A stretch of 64,000 nucleotides of DNA, taken from Tubiluchus corallicola. Taxonomy: Eukaryota; Animalia; Priapulida. The notes below the pieces were generated by a model. It worked only from the letters and a program-made list of their open reading frames with translations, did not search any database and was not told the origin of the DNA. This document shows positions 53,487 through 64,000 of the stretch, piece after piece (the stretch's first letter is position 1; the number at the start of each line of letters is the position of its first letter). The DNA lies in assembly GCA_030141605.1 (NCBI GenBank), contig JAQGDQ010000193.1, forward strand, positions 124,001-188,000, written 5' to 3'. A program made the translations under genes and the position numbers.

Positions 53487-56400
53487 ATGAGTAAGCGCAA
53501 GATATTGTTAAACGAGAAGTTGAATAAAAATAAAAAGGCAAAGCTTAAAACTGATAGCGCAGCGGAATTAAGTAAGAACAGTGTTAATGAAAGCGGGATA
53601 GTGAAACTGAAACCTGTGAGGCAGGCAGATGACCCGGCAATTGAAAAGGTAGCTTTACAGGTTTTATTTTAGTAGTAATGAGTAAATCAAGTGCGAGAGC
53701 CAATGAATTATTTTTGGAAGTGGATATTGTTCCGATGACCGCAACCGCATCTCCGAAGGATAAATTTCCAACGTAGACGCTAAACACTCTCAAACACAAA
53801 CCTCGCGTAGCTCTACCTTCAGTGATTTATTTAAGCTGTGCTTTGCAGAATTCCAGGTCCCAGCGATCTAGGAATGCCAGCTCTGCTGCTTGCAACAAAA
53901 ATTGAGCTTGACTAGGCTGCGAGTCAGCATATTACTGCCCGTGGGTGGCTGACGTCTGATAAACAAGTAACTATGATGTAATATATAAAATAATACTGCT
54001 GGCTAATACAGAAAATAGGTTTTAAGCAAGTGTTGCTTAATACTTTTTAATAAAAGCACCACATAAATTTATGCGCTACAGCACTACATAAATCCATTGT
54101 GGTTTTGTGTTTCATCATTTCTCTTGCAGCTATATTTTCTAAAATGTATAATTAAAATAAAATGATGAAATCCTAAGCTTCCCACTCGTTTCTCAATGTT
54201 CTATTCCCAAACGATTTTTTTTCGTAGTGATACTTCATTGTCTGTAACAACAGACCAGTACTTCTATTTTCAGGAGAGAGGTGGGTAGGTTCCAAAAATC
54301 TTAACCTGAAAATAATAGAAACTCTGACGGGCAGCACCATCTACAGTGAAAATAGTGAGGAAGGAAAGGAGCATAGGCTCTATAAAAATGCTTAAAAACT
54401 TTCCAAAAGAGTGAACAGAAAGTGATTTAAACTTTTAAATGGCCACATGAATGTGTTATCTTTTTATAATTGTAAAATAATTGTAATTTATAACAACACT
54501 TTTGCTTAGTTAGTGTGGTATGTGCTGCAAATGCTCAGATTATTTCTTCAAACTTGACACATTTTATTCAGACTTGTTTGGAATGGCTTTTACCGTTAAA
54601 ATGGCTGCGCTTGACGGCCATCACGGGAGTTTAAATTACAGCGAGTTTCATAATCCGTTTACAATAAAACAGCATGTGATTGATACATAATTTGAAGATA
54701 AGCTTTTCTTTTCCTTTAATCGATAAGTAAAAGCCTGAAACTGTTTTGCAGGCGCTATTAAAAGGTAAAACAGAATAATCATTATAACATCGTTCTTTCG
54801 GGGAACGCAGGACGTGGCCATGTTTTTCCACGGTTAACTCTCGGCCAAGGTTGCTGTTTTGTACGATGCTCATTGTATTGGAGGCTAAACGTATCAAATT
54901 TTCTGCCAAATCGGTGCATTAACGGCCGAGTAGTGTTTCCGCTTATACCATAATTATCAGAATATACACGTTCATGACCCAAAAGGACACTAAACAATAA
55001 TCGATAATTATATAATAACTTAGTAATGCGAAACTAAAGTCCAAAGCTTGAAAAAATGTGCATTGAAAAAATTTAAAACATGCTAACTACTGGGAAATAA
55101 ACAAACTTTGATTTCAACTGATTTTAAACTTTCCACAATTCAGCTTTAAACAATCACTTTAAACAATAATTTTCCTCCCCCCTATTGACATCTTTTGAGC
55201 TCATGAAGTAAGACATAAACATTTTTTATGGCAGGCCAAACATAAATTGACAACTGTTATCAAGGACCAGCTTTTGATTATCTTTTGTTTTTCATTTTAT
55301 TCTAGCCAAAATGGGTCAACAAACAAAGAGTTTTAATTTTTTCATCACGTGGTGTTTCTTATCGAGATCGACACTTGATGAAGGATCTGAGAACTTTACT
55401 GCCTCATTCTAAAGCAGGTTATCATTACTATATCTTTATTTCGCTTAATGTATGCAGGAATGTTACTGAAATGAAATTCTCATTCCGGTTTGCCGATAAT
55501 TGCGTTTTCGGTTAAGTTTCGGCTTTGGCTGAATGCAAAAACCACTGAAAAATCTTGGCTAAATTAACACAAATAAGGCGAAAATTTCATTTACAGAGCA
55601 GTTTGTGACATGCTTTTACCGGCAATGCGGCGTATGTTCAGGTCTGACGACTATTTTAGGGTCTCCAGGCCCAAACAACCGAAATATCAAACTATTTTTG
55701 AATTTACTTGAACAAAATCACGTTTTGTTTTATTATTTATGGAATATATGTAACACAATATCTACAAAACAAAAATTTGTTTATTTTTAATGAAGCATTT
55801 TAATGAAGAATTCAAAAACATAACACATTTTCGAAGGTAAGCCACTCCATCAAACTTGAGGTGCTATACTATAAAACTTCCTTGTCTTTTTTGTATTGGA
55901 ATTTTTTATCAGTAATTTTGCATCACAACAAATAAAAGAAACAAACAAAAAACAAAATATTTTACTTATTTTAGAATTTTCTTTTTCCAGTTTTAATACT
56001 TGTTGGTTTTGTAGAAATGTTTCTATTCGATTTTGTTTCGGTTTGTAAATCGCTGATTGTATGTACTGGCATTAAATTTCTTCTTAGAAAAAAATGCATA
56101 AATTTAATATAACATTTTAAAAATTCTTCATCCAAATAACATTGTACAACAAGCATTCGAAGAAAACGTAGAAGCAGCTAAAAAAGTATTCATTTTCACC
56201 TGGAAATGGGAAGGCTGCTGTGTTGCTATATGGAGTACGAGCAACTTTTTTTACTGATAACCTGTTGCCTGTATTTGCACAGAGTATGCTGTTAAAGTAC
56301 CACCTTATCTCTAGTCTTTCATGTTACAGATACAAAAATGGATAGAAAAGACAAGTTAGCCATAGTTAATGAGGTAAACCCATTAGTTTTATTTTTGTAG

Positions 56401-59400
56401 TTCGTCCATTATTGCATTAAGTAACAATTAATTAGTTAGTTTGTTAATTAATTAAATTTCTAAAGATTCTAATCTCTTTGATGCCTTAAGGATGTACCTG
56501 ACTTCCTAGTGAATTAGTATTACCCTGGTCAGTGAGCTGAGGGTGGAATGATTGTTTTTGTGCCTTGCGGCGGATTGTTTTGATATTGGCTTATTGCCAA
56601 TGTTTTTTCTCCGTAAGTGAGCTGATGACATTCATCATGTGATCAGTGCTCTGTACCTAGGAAAATCTAATAGTATTTTATTATTTATTTATTTGTTTAT
56701 ACCATTTATTTGTACTCGTATACGGTACAATAAATGCACAAGAAAAAACAACAAATGATAAGAATTATGATAAATTAGTTCAAGCTGTACATGTTAACAG
56801 AAAAAAGTGAAAAAGTAATAATAAAAAACCACAGCATCAATTATGTTATCAGTTTGGTCTCAAAAATGGTCAAATAATTTAAAATTTCATACAGTTGAGA
56901 CCTCCTAAAGAAATAAAAATGCTTGATTTCTATAGTCCATAAAATTTCCTTTATCAATGTAGCAACTACCAGCCGATTGTCAGTGATATTAAGCATTTTA
57001 TCAGCAATGAGACGCTGTACTTTTAATCTAAAGTGGTGACAAGAACAATCAATTCCATAGTGGTTAAAGACTGACATTAAATTGTATCGCATAATTGAAG
57101 TGGAATAATACTGAGCTTGCTCAGCAAAATAACGAAAAATGTGATCACTGTTATTTAAACACTTAAAATAAAATAAATATAATATTCATATGGTAAAAAA
57201 AATCAAAACTTCAAATAATCGATTATTTATACACATTCCTAGTAAAAACTGCATCAAACAGTTCTGCTTTTTGTTGGGGAGTTCATCTATCTTAGCTAAA
57301 ATGACAATAATTATAATAAATAAACAGAAGGACATAAGCTGAATAATTTATTCATAGATACTTTGTCTGCAAACAAGAGCATGTCAGTTTCATTACTCTT
57401 TGTCTAAACTTGTAGATCTGTGAAATGAGGAACTGCAACAAATGTATATTTTTTGAAGCAAAAAAGAAGAAAGACCTCTATGTTTGGTAAGTATTAACCA
57501 CTTGCTAACTTATAACATAAAAATTTGTGGTAGCAATCAGAATTTGTGCCATACAAGGTTTATTATGCCCCTTGTGTGGCTATGGGTAATACCTTATACC
57601 AACATGTGTCATGTACTTGTGCTGTTCTATGTAACCTAATTTTTGGTTGGATTTCATTATTCTCAGTGTGTAATAAAAATATAAATTGAGAAATTTTTAT
57701 GCCTTCATAAACTGTACAATATTGTAACTTCGTGTAAGAATGTAAATAATAATGCATTTTCGGAATTTGCAAAATTATTACTAAAATATAATTATCTGTT
57801 AATTGTTCTGCTGTTGTAATTTAGGATGTCTAACTGTCCAAGAGGACCATCAGCCAAGTTCCTAGTGGAAAATGGTATACAAACTTTTTTTTGGAATTAT
57901 TATTAGTTTATTTTAATTTGTATTTAAAAAAATGAAATTTTATAGTAGACTGTGTCCGTAAATCAGCAACAGTAAACTGTCATGATTTATGTTCAACAAG
58001 AATTAACCTATAGACTAGTGAACTGAAATGGAAGGAAATGCAGAAAAATTATGAGCCATTTGAGACTTTAACTCAAGACCCAACAATTGTTCAATGTATT
58101 TTTCCTTCTGCTCATTAGTTGATAAATTAATTAAATTCTGGTTTTTATAAGATATTAGCTAGTAATAGTCAATTGTTGAGTCATTATTTCCTTAACTAAT
58201 TAAGATAAAAAGTCAAAGTAGCGTTAAAGTAGCGTCACAATACCCATTTATTTATTATTATTATTATTTGTGTGTGTGATTTACATGATTAGTTTATTGT
58301 AATACTTCATGTACCTTTGTTCCGGTGCATTCAGATTAGCGAGTTTTCTCACCAAGTAATTCGCATTGTGTTCAGACCAGACAGCAAAACTTCAAGTTAC
58401 TATTCGACAATATCTGCGAGCATTTACTTCTCTGTGCCTCGCAGGTGTCGAGAGTAACTTGCCAAGTTGTTCACTTTTGACAGTAAATCAACTCGCAGCA
58501 ACTGTTGGAGAATTTGCACTTTCTTGCCGACAGTAACTCGGAAAGCAGTTCACACTAGCGAGTTTGTTGTCAGAGAGAAGTTGCCAAATTCCTTAATCTG
58601 AACATGTCTTGCCTTTATGAATGTTACTGTTAACTTGAAGGAAAGTAATTGTTTTGTATTTTCAAGTACATACCATGGCAGAACTGAAGCTCACAGGAAA
58701 TTGCCTTAAAGGTTCGCGACCTCTTCTATCTTTCGATGAGGTATGCTGTCATAAACCTGTAAACATTATTAATCTTTCTTTGCTTCTGTCATTTGCCATT
58801 TCTTGTTTTAACTGAAGTGCTTTTTGCCTGAACCATAAACGTTTATTTTGTTATCCTTTCTGGTAAAAGTACTGATTATTGTATTCATTGTTTCTTCAGG
58901 TTTTTACAAAAGCGCCACACTTCATCTTGTTGAAAGAACTTTTTACTCAGGTAAATGTCTAAATATAATCTGACTTTGCAGCAAATCCTGTCAGAATTGT
59001 GTTGTATTCTTCGTTTTAATAAATGTACTGAAGCTACTTCTATTGTTTTTTAAAAGTACAATTCAGAAACTTGGTTTATTTTTAGTTTTAGTAAGATATC
59101 TCATCCATATGTTTATGTTGCATTCCATTTTGTGAGAAACTGACATTGTTTAATGAGTTCAAGACAGTTGACGCAAATATTATTAGCAACATTCTGTAAA
59201 ATGTACATTATTGGTTCTAAGACCTGGCTCTTTAGTGGTTTTCTCCTTCGTTGTTGAACGAAAACATTACCTTGTTTTTGTTTTTTGGAACTTCTTTGCT
59301 GTTTGCAGAAACTGAACTGATTTTTCTGTCGTTAAAATACAACAATAGCTTCGCGTGAATATTTATATATTCTGCTTCTCCACGGTTCTTTTATCATAGA

Positions 59401-60503
59401 TTTTTAACACGCCAAGAAATCATCCAAAGAGTCAACCATTCTCAGATCACGTTTTCACATTCTCGGTGCTCGACAATCGAATATGGTTCCGGAATTACCA
59501 GATTCTCTCAGAAGATGGCTCACTGGCAGAAATTGGTGAGATTGATTTTGAAAAAAATAGAATTTGAAATTTTGAAAATGTTAATTTTGAAAATTTTGAA
59601 AAATTCTATGTTAACTGTGGAATTGTAAAAACTAAGCTGTGATCATTGTAACGTGCTGTGTTAATAGCAGCTGCAGCTGTGATATCAGTGGCAGTGGTGA
59701 TGGAGGTGGTAGTTGTGTTTGTGCTTTGATGCTGATGGTGATGACGGTGCAAAATTAACATTATATAAATTATAATTTTTCTGCTATTTCTTCATTTTAT
59801 TGCTTGTCAATTTTTTAGTTTTTCATGCATCCATTAACTTTGTTTTTTCTAGGGCCACGATTTGTACTGAATCCAATACGAATATTTGAAGGCAGTTTTG
59901 GAGGGGCAACTTTGTATGAGAATTCTCATTACGTATCACCAAATCAGGTAAATGCCTTAGTATAGTAATAAGTACCACAGTCGAGTATCTTGTGTAAGTT
60001 TCAAATGTGGAATTGAAAAACCAGCACTACAAAAGTAAAGTGTTATCAATGTAATGGTTCCTATTAGCAGATTGTGTATTTTTGTATGCAACACTTCAGC
60101 AATAAAATTATCCATTCCCCTTAAAAATTTAGATGTTGCTATAATCTTACCTTGACACCAAATGTTCGAAATTGTAACTAGTTTTTTTTTCCAGTGGTCG
60201 TATTTTGTGTAGTTTTTTGTGTATTGTCATGTATTGTTGTATTCTGTTTTTCCCATGTATGTGAAAATAAACGAATTCATTTCAACTAAATTGTGATTTT
60301 ACACATTTTTGTTTCAGTATCGCCGAGAATTGAAATTAGCTACAGCGAATAAGTACACGAATCGAATTCAAGCCAAACGGTATCTGGAGCACAGACGAAC
60401 CGACGAGACTTATCCGAACGACAAACTGGATGACATCTTCCAAACCATCCCACCCGAAGAGGCAAAAGGCATAGAGAAGCAGCTGTATATACGAAAGCGA
60501 TAG
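53487..60503 (+). CDS. BRIX1: Ribosome biogenesis protein BRX1 homolog (Brix domain), about 326 aa, 10 exons
   Basis: Exons 53487-53648 (alternative in-frame ATG at 53481), 55306-55417, 56330-56373, 57416-57486, 57825-57874, 58667-58740, 58900-58950, 59400-59535, 59853-59947, 60318-60503; 981 nt. Motifs KWVNKQRVLIFSSRG, RHLMKDLRTLLPHSK, GPSAKFLVENVHTMAELKLTGNCLKGSRPLLSFD, HPKSQPF, IWFRNYQI, EIGPRFVLNPIRIFEGSFGG. AATAAA near 60524. Confidence 0.97.
56680..57100 (-). mobile_element. Probable 3' end of a non-LTR retrotransposon in BRIX1 intron 3
   Basis: ORF 56841..57092 ends VATLIKEILW...FRRSQLYEILNYL, reminiscent of LINE ORF2 C-termini. It is followed on the minus strand by a T-rich stretch and an (aaat)n tail at about 56678-56700. 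Confidence 0.35.
58326..58608. mobile_element. Short palindromic MITE-like element in BRIX1 intron 5
   Basis: Imperfect inverted ends gcattcagattagcgagttt...aaattccttaatctgaacatg, with internal repeated gcgag/ctcgc motifs. Confidence 0.45.
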
Positions 60504-61028
60504 TATGCATCTTATTTTAACTCAATAAAATATTCTTGTATGTTAACGTAAGTTTGTTTGTATAAATTATAATTAAGTTTTCGTCGGAGAATGTGTTTCA
60601 ATTTGCGTTAACTATTGTGTCATCAGGTAAACGTGCAGCATCTACATCATCTCTTTACCTGCCGGATTTTTTAAAATGCTAATTGTGCAGGTGAAAGCTG
60701 ACATGCATATACTTTTTCCTCAGCAACTTTTAAATAAATAAATTTTATTACCTGTTTCTGTAAAGAAAGTAAAATATTTATTTGTCTCATGGCATTGCAA
60801 ATCAAACTTGCTATAACAAAGACATAATCAGTCAAATGACTTTTAGTTTGTCTAAATTAAATTAGAAAACACTAAACCACTATACTAAATTAGTTCACAT
60901 CGTCTAAATCTATATATTTTTCTTAAATGGTAGTAGTAATTATCATAAACACTTCCATATCATGTATAATAGAAGATATATAGCACAATCTATAGAGAAG
61001 TTTATCTCCATGATCTTTAAGACATGCA

Positions 61029-61042
61029 GTGCCATCTACTGG
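61029..61042 (-). promoter_or_regulatory. CTCF-consensus motif downstream of BRIX1
   Basis: Minus strand reads CCAGTAGATGGCAC, an exact match to the consensus CCASYAGRKGGCRS. Binding is not demonstrated. Confidence 0.4.
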
Positions 61043-61242
61043 CGAAAAGATGTTAAACCAGTATGTGTTTCTCGTTGTAATCTATCACAGCATAAATCTA
61101 TATGTGCAGCCACATTATAATAAGCCAGTGTGTCTTATGACACATTTTAATGAATTGGTTCATAGTAGTCTTATCCTGCATATGTATCCAACATGATATG
61201 GGATTGAAGGCACATGAGGTCACTAACATGGTGTATGTGTCC

Positions 61243-62429
61243 TGTAATGTATACGCTCAAATCAAAGTTGCGTTCCCATATCTATGTAGTTTATTCTGCA
61301 AAAATACAAATTTTCTGTAGTCTACAACTACTACATCTACAAATCTAGTGAAATGAAAGTGCTAGAAAATAAGTGCTACAGATTACTACGTTACACTAAA
61401 GAAGCTAAAATGCATACATACATTGTTGGTCCAATATTGAGTCGAGAAAAAGCCAGAATGTCAGTAAAAGGTAGCAGTATAATTATAAGACAATTTTTAA
61501 ATGCAACAAAGACGTGCGTACATGACAAGTTCCACCTATACAATGTCAGAGTAGAAAAAGTAGTCTAGAGGTTGAGCTACAGTCTAATATATTGTGGCTT
61601 CCAATGCATATACTACCTTGAGAAGAGGTAATGGACCAAAACATTTGCACCTGCAACACCTTGTATTAATAAACGGTTGTAATGTATACGCTCAAATCAA
61701 AGTTGCGTTCCCATATCTATGTAGTTTATTCTGCAAAATACAATTTTCTGTAGTCTACAATACTACATCTAAAATCTAGTGAAATAGTGCTAGAAAATAA
61801 GTGCAGATTACTACGTTACACTAAAAGCTAAAATGATACTACATTGTTGGTCCAATATTATCGAGAAAAGCCAGAATGTCAGTAAAGGTAGCGTATAATT
61901 ATGACAATTTTAAATGCAACAAAGACGGTACTAGTTACCTATACAATGTCAAGAGAAAAAGTAGTCTAGAGGTTGAGCTACAGTCTAATATTTGTGGCTT
62001 CTGTATAAACGGTTGTAATGTATACGCTCAAATCAAAGTTGCGTTCCCATATCTATGTAGTTTATTCTGCAAAAATACAAATTTTCTGTAGTCTACAACT
62101 ACTACATCTACAAATCTAGTGAAATGAAAGTGCTAGAAAATAAGTGCTACAGATTACTACGTCACACTAAAGAAGCTAAAATGCATACATACATTGTTGG
62201 TCCAATATTGAGTCGAGAAAAAGCCAGAATGTCAGTAAAAGGTAGCAGTATAATTATAAGACAATTTTTAAATGCAACAAAGACGTGCGTACATGACAAG
62301 TTCCACCTATACAATGTCAGAGTAGAAAAAGTAGTCTAGAGGTTGAGCTACAGTCTAATATATTGTGGCTTCCAATGCATATACTACCTTGAGAAGAGGT
62401 AATGGACCAAAACATTTGCACCTGCAACA
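61243..62429 (+). repeat. Tandem triplication of a 416-bp block (middle copy deletion-ridden)
   Basis: Copies at 61243-61658, 61678-62001 and 62014-62429. I see one substitution between copies 1 and 3. Both junctions end in ataaacggt. Confidence 0.95.
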
Positions 62430-62975
62430 TGCCCAGTTAAGAGAAATACCAAACAACATTATCACACAATGCTCAGTATACCGATTATTCGGTACGTGAG
62501 CTGAGGCCCAGTTCACATACGTAGCTTCTCATCCAGTTTCCAGCCATACCCACTTGTCAAAACTTTCCAGACTGTTATATCCTATCCAAAAACCGTGAGG
62601 AGAGTGGTGATATTTGCTAAGGTGTCGTCGAAGAAATTAATCTTCTTCTTTCGTATCTATGGTTATCGGTTCACTATGTTTCTGCTTGCACAAGTTGGCT
62701 GCCCCAAACCAGCTGTGATTCTCTTCCTGACGAGAGAAGTAGTAGCAGTTGTTTTCATGTCATACGAAGCGATCCAGACAGGATGTCTCTAAAAGAACAG
62801 ATGTTTTGCTAGGGAGCCTGCTAGATGCCGTGCAAGAGACAGTTGATCTCTCGCCGAGAGCACCAGGGTTAGGTGTCTTCGCCTTGACATCACTGAGGCA
62901 CTTACAGTTGCAGTTGAATGGGACGACACTTGCAAAACTGCTGGCAATCAGTAGCAGTGTGATAAGTAACCACAT
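62385..62975 (-). pseudogene. Intronless secreted C-type lectin pseudogene
   Basis: MWLLITLLLIASSFASVVPF (signal peptide)...SCLDRFV*HENNCYYFS...SWFGAANLCKQ...ITIDTKEED*FL...FWIGYN...WVWLETG*EATYVNWASAHVPNNRYTEHCV. In-frame stops TGA 62762-62760, TAA 62639-62637, TGA 62531-62529; probable frameshift near 62432. Confidence 0.85.
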
Positions 62976-64000
62976 TTTGAGACTTTGTGTAGAGGAAACA
63001 CACAAATTCAAATTCAAGAAAACACAATTTGCTGCTATTCTAGATCTTTAGTAGGTATTAGAGAAGAAGCAATGAAAAACCTGTATGTTTGGTTACTGAA
63101 TGAGAGCTACTTCTTATTCCATTTAAAATCTTCCAGGTTTCAGCTATGCAAATTGTCAGCTTTTCCAAACTGTAAAATAATTTGGTAGCTTCGATGACAA
63201 ATAAATTATTATACAAGTATAGAACAGTTAAGGTTTTCAAACAGTAAGAACGTCAAACAAAACTTATGAAAAATTCTAATAGTCGTTAAGTTAAAATTAT
63301 AGTACTGATATGCCAGCTGCAGGAATTAGCAAAAATTTTGCAAGATACAGTACGTATTGCACTTAAATTCTCGTGCAATGTGCAAAGTGGAACTGAAGGA
63401 AAGCTACATACTATGCCATAGCATAAACATGAAGCATAAGAAACATTGCATGGCAGCTGATGCTATTTACCAGTTATCAACTAAAATGAGCAATAAAAAT
63501 AATATTGCTGTGTTTTAGCTTTAAATAAAAAACACATTTCTAACTTGCAACAGGCACACTGATATTTAAATACACATAATACAACACGCACTCCGATATT
63601 CAAATACACATAATACAATTGTAAGCAAAAATATCACATACTGAAAAACCAATACATCTAAAAAAATATTCCAGCCAAAAATATCTATTGAAGCACAAGG
63701 CAAATGTAGAGGAATTAATGAAACTATAAGTGGCAAACAAAAAAATGAGAAGCGATGTAACCCCAACAGAAACAGAGCAAGAAATTGAATATTTTATAGT
63801 TTTAATACTCACAGTGTTCAGTGCACTTAGAGAACGGCTTGAACCTCTCACCACACTAGTTAAAGCATGATCTGTGTGACCTCATGGCATCCCTATGTGA
63901 ACCAGCGTTGGAAAGTTATTATTACACAGTTTCTGCAGTTCTTTTGATGCAAGTGGCAGCAGGTCCATCTTAATTTTAAATTACATGTAAATTGTAATTC

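Noticed and set aside
56520-56660. Intronic C/D snoRNA in BRIX1
   Set aside because: A TGATGA is present but there is no suitably placed downstream CTGA box D or terminal stem.
61353-62339. Duplicated 71-aa ORFs (MKVLENKCY...) as genes
   Set aside because: They arise from the tandem triplication, lie antisense to the lectin 3' region and show no recognisable motif.
62529-62762. Selenocysteine or stop-codon readthrough in the lectin
   Set aside because: One stop is TAA, the TGA codons are not at cysteine positions, and the C-terminus appears frameshifted. Pseudogene is simpler.

Overview
AT-rich, intron-containing animal genomic DNA, not prokaryotic. The presence of an ionotropic receptor (IR) points to a protostome invertebrate (inference). 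Most entries in the supplied ORF track are fragments of spliced exons or spurious, so I rebuilt genes by hand from GT-AG junctions and reading phase. Left to right: an Ig-domain exon of a minus-strand gene running off the left edge; a Penelope-like remnant; a candidate 79-aa orphan gene (-) head-to-head with DNAJC21 (+, 12 coding exons); an intronless divergent IR nested antisense in DNAJC21 intron 7; a 6-exon class C GPCR (-) lacking the glutamate-specific Arg/Lys; PAIP1 (-, 11 coding exons); BRIX1 (+, 10 exons); and a C-type lectin pseudogene (-) whose 3' end is triplicated. Repeats include CR1/L2 remnants, hAT and pogo/Tigger MITEs, a 94-bp minisatellite with higher-order structure, a 45-bp minisatellite and two minimal hammerhead-ribozyme motifs. 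The most interesting signals are (1) two unrelated, co-oriented Venus-flytrap-type receptors that both lack glutamate-specific contacts, inserted in a housekeeping block, (2) DNAJC21-PAIP1-BRIX1 linkage echoing human 5p, and (3) the spliced orphan microprotein. No database searches were run; homology calls come from recognising motifs.
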